64,000 bases of DNA from a bacterium (GCA_963693055.1 OY843751.1:5952001-6016000), one strand, 5' to 3'. Positions 47,801-57,836 are shown, counted from the first letter of the stretch. The notes: generated by a model not told the origin, from the sequence alone. Made by a program: numbers and translations.

Positions 47801-50800
47801 AATCCTGTGCTATCTTGATAGAGTAACCTTCAGGTGGAGTCAACGTAACCTTACCATTTCCGGTCTGTGCGCTACCCAAATTACGAATGCGGGCAAGCAC
47901 ATTAAAGTCCTGAGCAAGCGTCAACACACTGTCACCCTCGTTCTCAAACAAAAGCTCTAATGCTAAATTTGCCTGGCGCTGAATACGCATGGTTGCCAGA
48001 GCATCGCTCTCCTTGTCCGGCTTGCGGATACGTGCCTCAAGTTGTGTATCTTTGGACAATGCTGAAAGTATAGTGGCACTGAACACTTCTTCTTTTTCTC
48101 CGTCCAGCTCTGACCAGGTATCATCAGCAGTTAATGTAAAGATTGCCAGAGATTCAGAATCACGATTAATGCTGTCAATAACAACGGTATCGGGTTCAAG
48201 CATGGAATTACCGTCTGTGGTTAACATCACTTTGACAGAATCAACGCCTAGTAACTGTCCTGCTCTTACAAGAACATGAACTTCAAATTCCTGACCGCGG
48301 TTAACCAGACCTTTCTCTTCTTCATCGTGTTCATTGCTGTTTATTGTTGTTTCAACAATTTGTACAACTGCTTCTGAAATTACATAAACATTTGTAGAAT
48401 CTATAGCTTGCAAATCATTTGCCGGCCCCACATTCATGTCTTCACCATGAATATTGACCTTGATTACCGCGTTACCGGCAATCTCGCCGTTTTCTGCAAT
48501 ACTAAAAGCCAATGTGTCGGTTTGACCGGCGCGTAAAATCAAATCACCTGAACTGCGCAATTTCACGGGTGGACGAACATCATACGTATTGTCTTCCTGT
48601 CCGTCAACTACAAAGGTAACATTGCTACTGCCAAGTTCTGTTAATTGAACATCCGCCTCGCCATCGTTAAACAACTCTACATAGAGGTTCCATGGCGCCT
48701 GGCTATAGTTCGCAATGATCTCGCCATTATCTACATCTGCAACCAGATTAGAGATCAGCATTTCAGCACCTTTTTCAAGGTCTGCAAAAGTAGTATCGTT
48801 ATCACCACCATCCAGAAAATCCGGTTGTTGGTTATCATTCTTGCCTTTTGCATCAAACAGTGACGCGTAAATATTTACTTTTCCAGCCGCGGTACTGTTG
48901 CCGGCTTGTAATGTAAATATCACGGTCCCGGTATCTCCACCTGCTATTTCCTGTTCAATAAACAATGGAGTTTCCTGAACGGTTGCATGTAACGTGCTGG
49001 AAGTCATCATGGATAAGCGAACTTCTTTGGCTGCTTCTGAACCATAATTTGCCACTTTGACTTCAACCGGGAATGTCTGGCTCTGACTTACTTTTTTATC
49101 CGGATTTGGTGCCAGATTTTTTGTGCTAACAATCTGCAACTGTGCAGGATTATAAATTTTTATCATTACCGAATCATCTTCTGCCTGAGATATCTTGGAC
49201 TGTGTTCCATCCTGTCCATAAGCATAAACAATTTCGGATCTTAGTTTTTCACCAACAAGGTTTTGGGCATCATCAGCAATAACAGTAAAAACACCTTCTT
49301 TGTCTTCACCAAAACCAATATTTTCAACCAGAATCTCACCCTGAACGGATGAAAGCTGAGATAACAGCCTTACCCGAACGGAATCGAGTCCCTGGTCTGC
49401 TTTGTTTTCAATTTTTACCCGTACATTAAATGTCTGTCCGGTATTGACCAATCCCACTCCCTCTTCATCGATATTTGGGGTTGTAGGATCAATATATGTT
49501 TCGGTAATACCTACCGCAGAGGTCTTTGTGAAATAGACCTGTGTCTGTCCTGATTCTGTGAATGTTGAAATTGCTGGATCATTCCAGTCTTGTGCGCGAA
49601 TATTTGCTGTAACTGTAAAGATTCCACTCACTGAAGGAGTATTGGTTACCGTATAATTCAATACCTGAGTTTCACCCGCAGTTAACAAAGAGTCTGTCCA
49701 GATTTCAGAGGCTTTAATCACATAACCTTCTCGGTTAATAGAGATATCGGTATCCTGTGGTTTTTTGAGCAAAATTGTACCGGTACCGGTATTAGATACG
49801 GTAACATTGATTGCCCATGGCGCCTGTGTACCTGAAACAATGGTATCGTTTTCTGTAGTTACATTCAAGACATCCAGTATACCGGGATTTTGTGTTGTAA
49901 ACTCGGCACTGTTGTCGAGTGGTGATTCTATGTTTGCTGACTGTCCGGTGTTTCTTGCAATTGCACTTGATATATTTCCAATGACTACATCTCTGAAATT
50001 GGACAAATTAGGAGCTCTTACCAGAATACCGGGAGTAGTGACTTTGGAATCGTTGATTTTTACAGAATCTAATGTTACAGTATTTCCATTTGGGAAAGTA
50101 ATTCCATTGTTCTGTGCTGAAAAATCTATTACCAAATGTTCAACCATATCACCATTATCACCACCAACATTGCTGACCTGGGCTTGTACATAGAATTCCT
50201 GGTTTGTGTTAACCAGTGTATTTGATCGCAAATCTGCAAATACATTGTCAATGCGGATACTGGCATTTTCCTGAATACTTAGAGATATTGAACTTGACTG
50301 GTCTTGAATATCACGACCGGTGTTCAACTCATCGGTAAGAATAGTTGCGTTAACAGTAAATGGTCCAACAGACACGGAACTGCTTACATTGGTTACTGTA
50401 AAGACCAAACTGTCAACACCACCACCAACCAGCCTTGCTGTTCCGTTACCACTAAATGCAGTGGGTGCGGTAACAGTAAAATACTGATTGCCCCGGCTAA
50501 AATTAATCAAACTACCGGTACGAAGTTGTACCTCACTTTGTCCGATATTGGTGACTTTGGCGGTAATGGTCCACGGTACGGTTTGACCACGTGTAATAGT
50601 TGGCTGACTTGAACGGATACTGTTGATCACAATATCCGCCGGAGATTGTGACATGATCTGTGCAGCATTGTACAATTGGTCAGTAAATTGTCTGCCTGCG
50701 TCATTTGCATCAACCATGCCCACTTCGGTAGAAACCAGAATAGCTCCTGTAGGCGCATTAGCTGAAACTGCACTAATGGTTACATTGATCGAGTCCCGGC

Positions 50801-53800
50801 CATCACTTGCCAGCACTCCGGTGCCGCTACCCAAGAATGTAGTAGCAGGCGTATAAGTAAAGTAATTAGTTACATCATCCGTACTATAGTTAAAAGTCAG
50901 AGATACATTCTGCAAACGCATATCACTGATATCATTATTTTCTACAGTTATAACAGCAGTCCAGCTATTGGTCTGACCTACCGTAACCGAACCTGTACTG
51001 GTCCGAATTCCGGTAACCGTCAAATCTCCTGGCTCACCAACGGTTACCAGATCGCTGCCGGGTGTAAGAGAACGGGTGTAGACACTTCCGTTTTCAACAC
51101 CATTCAGTGAAATGGTTACAGGATAGCTGTCATTTGCTATAAATTCTGAAGGTACATTTTTGCTGTTAAAATGTAATGTCGTGGTTCCGGATCCAATAGT
51201 GGTTCCATAACCGGGATCAAGAGTTGCTGAAAAAACATGGCTGCCGCCATTAACCGCATCACTAAACTCTATTGTGGTTTGTTCTTCATCCAGTTGAACC
51301 GTAGCACCACCCGAGTTGCTAACACTCATTTGAAAGTCTGCAGCCGTACCCGGAAAAACACTGCGGGGTTGCAATGAACCACTCACATAGGTAACGTTTG
51401 GTGGTGTCTGCATAACAACCGTTCCGGAAACACCATCGTTCGCAACTGTTACATCACTAATCACCATGTTTCGGTTGGCTTCCGTACCCTGAACCCGACC
51501 CAAAATATTCATCGTACCCGAAGAAAAAGTGTTCGATGTAACATGGAAAATCAATTGATCTGTTGATCCTGCCGCCAATGTTGTACCGCCGGCAATTTCC
51601 AGATCTGTAGGCCATGTAAGATCAACATCATTAAGTTCCTGGGCTGACGCAGAATAAAATTTCAACCAGGTGTTTGTATCGGTAAAATCAATTTCTACAT
51701 CTGAACCGCCGTTATTTGAAATATCAACGACAATATCCCATTCTGTTGAACTGCCAATGGATATGGTATTTCGGGATGGTGTAATATCTGTGATTTGTAA
51801 ATTAGAAGCACTAACAACTTCTACCGACGCTCCACTACTCACCGTTGGTTCTTTTACAACCAACGTATTCTGAACCTGATAACTGAGTCTAACATTCAAA
51901 TTATGAGTACCGGTTGTGGTACCATTTTCTGTAACCGTAAAAACCATGGTCTTTGACTCGTCTGGTGCCAGGGTGGTGCTCAGATCAGTAAAAGTAGAAG
52001 GACGGGTATGTGTAACCTGTGCCGAAGAAACAAGAGATGTACGGGTAAAATCAAAATCAACAGTACTGCCACCGGTATTTTCAACTTCAACCGTAACAGT
52101 CCAGCTGTGTGTATCGTCACCTGCCACAACCTCGGGTTGAGAAGGTGTAGCCGAAACAATCTGTATGATCTCTGGAGTTTGAACTTCAACACCACTATAA
52201 ACTTCGTCCAAAGTAGATGTGGTATGATCACCACTGATAGTTGCAACACGTGCAAAAATATCAAGAGTTCCGGTCATGGTGCCGGTTTCATTAACGGTAT
52301 AGGTCAGGGTAGTTGTTCCTGTTGCAGGAATAGAAAAGGTACCTGTAGGTCCTGTAATATCATAACCGGTATCTACCGTACCTCGTTTGAATTGGATATA
52401 GGATTGTGTAGAATTACTTGACAACTGGATTGGGGTTGTTGTACTGTTATTTCTTACAACCACCTGAACAGTCCAGTCTGCAGTTTGCCCCTGTGTTACC
52501 GTGGTTTGTGACGGTGTGATACTAACAATTTCAATATCTGTGGGTATGCTCTTAACCTGGATGTAATTAGACTCGGTTGCTACACCTGCTGAAATATCAG
52601 CAACAGTAATGGTTTGATTACCAACCGTATGTAAAGAAAAATCCGCACCCGGAAAAGCACGAACACCATTAAACAATGTCGTACTACTTGGCAAATCTAC
52701 TTCAACCTTTGTATCAGTAGAAGTAAATTGAACAGTCCCGGTATAATTGGTTTTAACGTTACCAAAATCATCAAGAGCGGTCACGGTAATGTCATTTGTA
52801 AATGTTGCACCACTATCAACAGACACCGGTACACCAGCAAGATCAAATTCTTCAAGAGAACCCGGCTGTACATCAAAGTTCACAGAACGGGTAATGGAAT
52901 TGGCAGTTGCATTAATAGTAAGTGACAGCTCTGCATTAAAAAGATTTATCTGAACACTGCCTGAACCATTCACAACATTCAATACACTGGGAAGTACCGG
53001 GGTTTCTCCGTTTGGAGAGGTATGTGTGCCGCCGTCATCAAACGCAAGGGCAAACGATTCGTTCAATGGATTTCCCGAAGCGTCTTGCGCACCGGTTATT
53101 GACAGTGTAACGGGTTCACCGGCAATTACCAATTCTGGACTCACATCAAACGTGAATACTGACAAGTCACCACCATTTACTACAATGATATCTGAAGTGA
53201 TTGAACGTGTTCCATCATTTACGGTTATTGTCTGGTTGCCAGAATCCTGCAAACGAATACCTGAAAAGCTTCTTTGTCCCAAATCTCCTGAAACAAATGT
53301 ATAGGCGTTAGGAAGTGTATAACGTGTTGATGTCGTTGTAAAAGATACCGTACCCGTATAATTGGTTACGGTATTGTTATACACGTCCTGAGCAGTGACA
53401 ACAACCGGATCTGGAAATGTATTCGTTGCATCAATTGTTGCAGGATACCCTGTCATATCGAGATGATCTACAGCCGCATTGCTAACTGCACTAATATTTA
53501 TATTATCTGTTACCGAAGGATCGGTTAAAAGCGTTCCCACAAACTGAACATTGCTAGCAGCATTATACAAAGTCTGCCCGGTACCACCAGTACCATTTTC
53601 AACTATGATATCGGCTACAACCGGTGCTGTACCGTCCGGTGCAGTTTGGTCAGACGCAAGTTCAATTCTAACGGTCCGTTCATTCACATTGTCAGCCGGG
53701 TTGGCTGCGGGTATACCTGCAGGATTTCCATGGCCGTCTACTGCATTAATAACCTGCAATATAAAAGTCGTACCTGCTGTGATTGAGGCTGCAGCCGTAT

Positions 53801-54332
53801 AAAGATCAAAAGAGACAATAGGTCCCTGAAGGACGACAGTTGTAGGATTTGATTCATCTACAGGATTTGAAAAAGATGTGTCTGAATCTTTATACGTTGC
53901 AATTTTGATCTGATCTGCTGGTGTTGGATTTTCAGGATTGGTAATCATGGATAAATAAATTGTAACCTGATCGCCAGGGTCAATAGTGACTCCGGTTCCA
54001 TCACGTCTCACCCTAATTTTTTGCTGGCCCGAAGCATTATTGACAATGTTCCAGGTAGATTCAAACGCACCATAAGATTCGGGATTGGTTGGCGCAAATG
54101 TAATGGCTGTAAGGTATGCAAGATTAAATTCCGAAGTAAAAGTAAATTCGAACCAATCTGTACTTGAAATCACCTGACCCGGTTGAGCGGCAGTATATTG
54201 CAACTCATATAATGCCTGTTGCCCATATTCAGTATCACTGGGTGTGATATCAAGTGTTACAATGCTACCAAAAGTTTGTACTGCAAACAGCAATACAAAA
54301 AGACCGATATATATACGAGTTTTTGTTTTCAC
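44859..54332 (-). CDS. giant secreted Ig-like repeat protein with FlgD/T9SS-type CTD
   Basis: signal peptide; many ~130-aa repeats (I.SI.PS...V..GQ...W.V.V.V.N.G); C-terminal FYNYPNPF..IFTMTGDLV..WDGRN..NGVYF..KVVVVK. Confidence 0.85.
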   Translation of the reverse strand: MKTKTRIYIGLFVLLFAVQTFGSIVTLDITPSDTEYGQQALYELQYTAAQPGQVISSTDWFEFTFTSEFNLAYLTAITFAPTNPESYGAFESTWNIVNNASGQQKIRVRRDGTGVTIDPGDQVTIYLSMITNPENPTPADQIKIATYKDSDTSFSNPVDESNPTTVVLQGPIVSFDLYTAAASITAGTTFILQVINAVDGHGNPAGIPAANPADNVNERTVRIELASDQTAPDGTAPVVADIIVENGTGGTGQTLYNAASNVQFVGTLLTDPSVTDNINISAVSNAAVDHLDMTGYPATIDATNTFPDPVVVTAQDVYNNTVTNYTGTVSFTTTSTRYTLPNAYTFVSGDLGQRSFSGIRLQDSGNQTITVNDGTRSITSDIIVVNGGDLSVFTFDVSPELVIAGEPVTLSITGAQDASGNPLNESFALAFDDGGTHTSPNGETPVLPSVLNVVNGSGSVQINLFNAELSLTINATANSITRSVNFDVQPGSLEEFDLAGVPVSVDSGATFTNDITVTALDDFGNVKTNYTGTVQFTSTDTKVEVDLPSSTTLFNGVRAFPGADFSLHTVGNQTITVADISAGVATESNYIQVKSIPTDIEIVSITPSQTTVTQGQTADWTVQVVVRNNSTTTPIQLSSNSTQSYIQFKRGTVDTGYDITGPTGTFSIPATGTTTLTYTVNETGTMTGTLDIFARVATISGDHTTSTLDEVYSGVEVQTPEIIQIVSATPSQPEVVAGDDTHSWTVTVEVENTGGSTVDFDFTRTSLVSSAQVTHTRPSTFTDLSTTLAPDESKTMVFTVTENGTTTGTHNLNVRLSYQVQNTLVVKEPTVSSGASVEVVSASNLQITDITPSRNTISIGSSTEWDIVVDISNNGGSDVEIDFTDTNTWLKFYSASAQELNDVDLTWPTDLEIAGGTTLAAGSTDQLIFHVTSNTFSSGTMNILGRVQGTEANRNMVISDVTVANDGVSGTVVMQTPPNVTYVSGSLQPRSVFPGTAADFQMSVSNSGGATVQLDEEQTTIEFSDAVNGGSHVFSATLDPGYGTTIGSGTTTLHFNSKNVPSEFIANDSYPVTISLNGVENGSVYTRSLTPGSDLVTVGEPGDLTVTGIRTSTGSVTVGQTNSWTAVITVENNDISDMRLQNVSLTFNYSTDDVTNYFTYTPATTFLGSGTGVLASDGRDSINVTISAVSANAPTGAILVSTEVGMVDANDAGRQFTDQLYNAAQIMSQSPADIVINSIRSSQPTITRGQTVPWTITAKVTNIGQSEVQLRTGSLINFSRGNQYFTVTAPTAFSGNGTARLVGGGVDSLVFTVTNVSSSVSVGPFTVNATILTDELNTGRDIQDQSSSISLSIQENASIRIDNVFADLRSNTLVNTNQEFYVQAQVSNVGGDNGDMVEHLVIDFSAQNNGITFPNGNTVTLDSVKINDSKVTTPGILVRAPNLSNFRDVVIGNISSAIARNTGQSANIESPLDNSAEFTTQNPGILDVLNVTTENDTIVSGTQAPWAINVTVSNTGTGTILLKKPQDTDISINREGYVIKASEIWTDSLLTAGETQVLNYTVTNTPSVSGIFTVTANIRAQDWNDPAISTFTESGQTQVYFTKTSAVGITETYIDPTTPNIDEEGVGLVNTGQTFNVRVKIENKADQGLDSVRVRLLSQLSSVQGEILVENIGFGEDKEGVFTVIADDAQNLVGEKLRSEIVYAYGQDGTQSKISQAEDDSVMIKIYNPAQLQIVSTKNLAPNPDKKVSQSQTFPVEVKVANYGSEAAKEVRLSMMTSSTLHATVQETPLFIEQEIAGGDTGTVIFTLQAGNSTAAGKVNIYASLFDAKGKNDNQQPDFLDGGDNDTTFADLEKGAEMLISNLVADVDNGEIIANYSQAPWNLYVELFNDGEADVQLTELGSSNVTFVVDGQEDNTYDVRPPVKLRSSGDLILRAGQTDTLAFSIAENGEIAGNAVIKVNIHGEDMNVGPANDLQAIDSTNVYVISEAVVQIVETTINSNEHDEEEKGLVNRGQEFEVHVLVRAGQLLGVDSVKVMLTTDGNSMLEPDTVVIDSINRDSESLAIFTLTADDTWSELDGEKEEVFSATILSALSKDTQLEARIRKPDKESDALATMRIQRQANLALELLFENEGDSVLTLAQDFNVLARIRNLGSAQTGNGKVTLTPPEGYSIKIAQDLYTVDPTALDFQLVDAVPYTDVQFVLKSPAVTTANRKILGEITTIPVDLNINEPAIVTTSVDSIYARTSSSNLVIDAFEIFKPVGATDGILSTVQSFTMRAIISSTTNLQNRQARLEFPDNLPGDVEYNLISEQTSPLVNSPDTIEWVLTAPEEKFDNLHKFRVFAEAVEAGVPKTVEDSLTIVSVEKRANIAIEAFESQDELGYNEPREREAYFSKDQKSITLRARIKNQGEANVYGNGIIRLDLGQSNLTLAESNTTPLQTTFTGETESVEWIVDAGAIDTDGKDITVEIVQAPRDTNTNEYAKTVDDATVKEIRVFVQELGRIRINNDVAEISSPSGAKDNIISTDQTFYITTEVNSYKVNPDKIAARLVTPATYKVTDKVQSVPMGFYQEVTWEVTAPAEHHILTDAKDTLYVEVTAEDEASGVELVWRSDSIFVHVVEKTKFKVEPRIVWPNAWPEEQQEVVSTYQDFDIEAYIRHDGAQYMRQDSFVVKISAPPEFEVQGNKQQVYRWEQFNNQDHPTWRITAPRTKPTNSEASSFTITLLEAARDTNSYQMGSVQEDSVRFSIFVVERALVNFDSYLLGQQTQDTSSVRIGSNFKAVCKVTNLGAAKMVGAFSVKINLPSGYTSADTLKQALIQDGFEDSLTWNIKAPNSVTSGLSTISFTLVDPPNDQYTHANASTYNTSDIVKVKLETGKLIAQSYKIREKTAVIKGGTDVPMMGLVFRNKDISSQVNTYLNKLFFTFKNREGEVISASSVVKRVVAYQKPADPKAGYTIKLAETTDFTDTDKPGQVMLDLRDIRIDTIKSAEQDTVDILVDILSTDVEDFRMTMSDSLPIIALDDNNQQVELADVDGNPISYLLMESDLAVIVDAVTKESFYNYPNPFGRADRPSTKFIYYLEDQMDVTLQIFTMTGDLVLKKEYLMTNGDVQCESGLHQGDIEWDGRNGKGHLVLNGVYFAYLSTSDGKVASTKVVVVK

Positions 54333-54367
54333 AGATAAATCCTCTAGATTCTCTCAATAAAACATTT

Positions 54368-54832
54368 TTATTGGTTTGAATTGTCTTGTAGTTGTATTCT
54401 TGTTTGAAACGTTTCGTTGGCAAGTTCCTGATCATTATCAAGAATAGTTACGTTGAATTGATAATCCTGCTCCATGTCATTTGGATTATTCACAGCAGCC
54501 ACATAAAAATCCAACTGACCTGCCGGAGCCACCTCTCCCAAACCCTTTCTTTGTAATTCAACTGTGTTATTATCTACAACCACATCCAAACCGCCGGCAA
54601 AAGAAGAAGACGCGGCCATCTTGATATTGTCCAGTAAAAATTCTGACGGAAAATCAATGCGAACCACTGCATTCGCAGACAGGCCTTGTTCCGTTTCAAT
54701 TACAAATGTGTACCCGGCTTGCTTTCCGGGTTGTAATTGTGTTGCAGAAACGGACACCAGTTGCTGAGATAATACACTCTGACTCAAAACGAGTATCAGT
54801 ATGATAAAAAATGTTGTTTTACAGGTTTTCAT
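54368..54832 (-). CDS. small secreted protein homologous to the first domain of the giant protein
   Basis: signal peptide; G.QA.Y, F.SEF.L, R.G.G and NP pattern shared with the downstream protein. Confidence 0.7.
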   Translation of the reverse strand: MKTCKTTFFIILILVLSQSVLSQQLVSVSATQLQPGKQAGYTFVIETEQGLSANAVVRIDFPSEFLLDNIKMAASSSFAGGLDVVVDNNTVELQRKGLGEVAPAGQLDFYVAAVNNPNDMEQDYQFNVTILDNDQELANETFQTRIQLQDNSNQ

Positions 54833-55014
54833 GATAAAAATTCACCTTTATGGTTAACACTTAAAGTCTTACTTTAACTTGTAAAGTTAATGAAAACAAT
54901 GCATATAATACAAGTACTATTTTCCTATGGGGGTCATTTTTTCCTTTTTTTGATGACTTTTTTCATGCGAAATTACCCTTTTCCTCATGTTTTTTGACAA
55001 AACAGCTTCATTAA

Positions 55015-55031
55015 CGCAAACATAATGCCAG
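55015..55031 (-). promoter_or_regulatory. candidate sigma54 (-24/-12) promoter
   Basis: minus strand CTGGCATTATGTTTGCG: GG-N10-GC with TGGCA and TTGC. Confidence 0.45.
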
Positions 55032-55190
55032 ATATTCAATCAAAACACAAATATAGATTTTGACTCTCTTATTTTGATTCTGACAGTACCTACATTCTGA
55101 TACATATACGTAAAAAGATAGGCTGTTTTATAATCAAAATCATGACCGATATCACAGAATGGAGTATTAGTTTTGGTAATGCAGCAGCGG

Positions 55191-56324
55191 CTATTCCAGA
55201 ACCGTTTTCAATAAATTTAAAAATCCCTTTTTATCATTTTCCAATAGTCTTAACGTCTTTTGGGCCTTGATATATTCCGGGTTCTGTTCTACCGCATTTT
55301 GAATGGCATTGCTGGATTTTGTTAAAAAATGCCAGGTTTTGACCAGATATGCTTTACCCAAACTAAAATGAAGGTCAGCATATTCCGGATGGTCCTGAAT
55401 CATTTTCTCGATGGAATGTATATAGTGGTCAACCCCCTGTTCATCCTGATCTAATCCGGCAAACATGAATTTTAAATAAAATTCCGAATCATCAATTTGT
55501 TGTTTTTTCCATAACCGCTGTTTGTTTCTTTCCCGCTCCATGAGTGAGATTGCCTGCTCAATGTTTTCAGAATCATTGAACAATTCCAGCACTGATTCCA
55601 ACAGATGATGATCATACCGGGGAGATAATGAAATTGCTTTGTTTAAAAAATCGAGCGCTTGCTTTAATCGGTTTTCAGGACTACTCATTCTTGAATAGTG
55701 TGGAACCTCTATAATACTTTCTAAAAGTATTAGTGCATATAGAAAATAAGCTTCATGATATTGCTCATTTATATTAATAGCTTTTTCGATATGGTTTATA
55801 GAAAATTTATAACTTTTCAAGGTCCGGTAAGTATCAGCTAATATCAGGTGAAGATCCGCATATTGGTTGGTATCAATAACTGCTGCCTGTAAATATTCCA
55901 GAGCTTTTTCATAATCCCCTTTTTCATGAAAACACTGACCCAGTTCAAAGTTACAATGCTGCTCCCTTTTGGTATGCTCACGAATATATTGAAACTGATC
56001 AATGGCATGGTCTACAAACCCTTTTTTCAGATACAGGGTTCCCAGACTTTTTCTGGAAGGAATATGATCAGAAGCTTCTGCGCGTTCGGCAATAGCAAAA
56101 AGCATTTCAAGATCAGAAATAATATACTCGTGAAATACTTTTAACTCTTGACCATATTGAACCGGGGGCACATCCGTGTCCAACGATCTTTCACGTTGAT
56201 CAATCACAGTGCCCCCGTCAAATATTCCGGTGCTTATTTTAAGCGTATCTGCATGAAAACTGGTTTGAATGTGAAACGTTTTTTCACCCAGTTTTAAATT
56301 GCTATTTAGTCCGATATTTTGCAT
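55191..56324 (-). CDS. TPR protein with N-terminal FHIQT domain
   Basis: GLNSNL..GEKTFHIQT; repeated YADLH TPR units. Confidence 0.8.
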   Translation of the reverse strand: MQNIGLNSNLKLGEKTFHIQTSFHADTLKISTGIFDGGTVIDQRERSLDTDVPPVQYGQELKVFHEYIISDLEMLFAIAERAEASDHIPSRKSLGTLYLKKGFVDHAIDQFQYIREHTKREQHCNFELGQCFHEKGDYEKALEYLQAAVIDTNQYADLHLILADTYRTLKSYKFSINHIEKAININEQYHEAYFLYALILLESIIEVPHYSRMSSPENRLKQALDFLNKAISLSPRYDHHLLESVLELFNDSENIEQAISLMERERNKQRLWKKQQIDDSEFYLKFMFAGLDQDEQGVDHYIHSIEKMIQDHPEYADLHFSLGKAYLVKTWHFLTKSSNAIQNAVEQNPEYIKAQKTLRLLENDKKGFLNLLKTVLE

Positions 56325-56335
56325 TTACACCAAAA

Positions 56336-56605
56336 CTATTCGGATTTTGCGGTTGGTTTCTTTTCTTCTTTGGCCTTTTTCTCAGGTTTTTTTTCAACCG
56401 TAGAGCCAGAAGATGTTTTGGAATTTTTATAATCCGTTATATAAAATCCGGATCCTTTAAATATAAGACCGTTCCCGCCGCTGATCCGCTTTTGTACTTG
56501 TTCCTCTTTACAGACAGGACAAACCTTGACAGGGTCGGCCGTTATGCTTTGAAATTTTTCAAACTCGTGTCCGCAAGCATGACACACATATTCATAGGTT
56601 GGCAT
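56336..56605 (-). CDS. FmdB family zinc-ribbon protein
   Basis: MPTYEYVCHACGHEFE..CPVC..FKGSGFYITDY. Confidence 0.93.
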   Translation of the reverse strand: MPTYEYVCHACGHEFEKFQSITADPVKVCPVCKEEQVQKRISGGNGLIFKGSGFYITDYKNSKTSSGSTVEKKPEKKAKEEKKPTAKSE

Positions 56606-56615
56606 TATTCTGACC

Positions 56616-57800
56616 TCACTTCAATAATGATTTCAACCCATCCTCAATTCGGTCAAGCGCTTTTTCCAACATTTCCATAGATGTTGCAAATGACAACCGG
56701 GCATTTGTATCTACACCAAAAGCCACACCTGGTACAATTGCTACATTAAATTCTTCAAGCAGATAACCGCAAAAATCAATTGATGAATTGATGTTCTTTT
56801 TACCAAAATAATATGAAAAATCCGGAAAAGCATAGAATGCGCCTTGCGGCAGCATACACTTGACACCTTCCATATCATTCAATCGTTTATGTACATAATT
56901 ACGACGTTCAGTAAACGCCTTGTTCATTTCTTTTAGAAAATCTTTTTGACCATTGTATCCTGCCAGTGCTGCTTTTTGAGAAATAGAAGTAGGATTCGAT
57001 GTACTGTGTCCCTGGTATTTTTTTACCGAGGTAATCAAATCTTTATGCGCAGCTAAAAATCCAATTCTCCAACCGGTCATTGCAAAACTTTTAGAAACAC
57101 CATTTACCAGCAATAACTGATCTCGTATCTCAGGATATTGTGTAAGACTGGTGTATTCCATGTTATCGTATATAATCATGTCATAAATCTCATCAGACAT
57201 GACATAAATACCAGACTCTTTGATCACCTTAACCAGTGCGTCGATCTCTTGCTTGTTGTATACAGCACCAGAGGGATTACTGGGAGAATTTAAAATCAGC
57301 AAACGGGTTTTATCTGTTATAGCACTTTTTAACTGTTCGGCTGTAATTTTTAAACCGTTTTCCTGGCTGGTTTCTAAAATTTTGGCAACACCTCCTGCCA
57401 TTTTAATTTGCTCAGGATAACTCACCCAATACGGTGCCGGCAATAAAATTTCATCACCGGGATCAGTTACAGACAATATACCTTCATAAACCGCGTGCTT
57501 GGCGCCACAGGTAACAACCACTTCGTTTGGCTGATATTCCGCCCCATATTCGTCTTTGATCCAGTCACAAATTGCTTCACGCAGATCCATTAACCCATCT
57601 GCAGGGGTATACTTTGTAAAGCCGGCTTTAATAGATTCAATCGCGGCATCTTTAATATGGTCCGGAGTATCAAAATCCGGTTCACCCGCACCCAATGCTA
57701 CTACATCTTTGCCTTCCCGTTTCATTTTAGCCATTAGGCTGTTTAATGCTACGGTTTGAGACTCGCTGATCTGAGACAATCGTTTTGAAATATGAGGCAT
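56616..57800 (-). CDS. aspC: PLP-dependent aspartate aminotransferase (class I)
   Basis: GEPDFDTP, NSPSNPSG, DEIY, GVSKSFAMTGWRIG. Confidence 0.9.
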   Translation of the reverse strand: MPHISKRLSQISESQTVALNSLMAKMKREGKDVVALGAGEPDFDTPDHIKDAAIESIKAGFTKYTPADGLMDLREAICDWIKDEYGAEYQPNEVVVTCGAKHAVYEGILSVTDPGDEILLPAPYWVSYPEQIKMAGGVAKILETSQENGLKITAEQLKSAITDKTRLLILNSPSNPSGAVYNKQEIDALVKVIKESGIYVMSDEIYDMIIYDNMEYTSLTQYPEIRDQLLLVNGVSKSFAMTGWRIGFLAAHKDLITSVKKYQGHSTSNPTSISQKAALAGYNGQKDFLKEMNKAFTERRNYVHKRLNDMEGVKCMLPQGAFYAFPDFSYYFGKKNINSSIDFCGYLLEEFNVAIVPGVAFGVDTNARLSFATSMEMLEKALDRIEDGLKSLLK

Positions 57801-57836
57801 GCTGATCTCCTTTCTCTTCTCTCTATATAAAATAAA

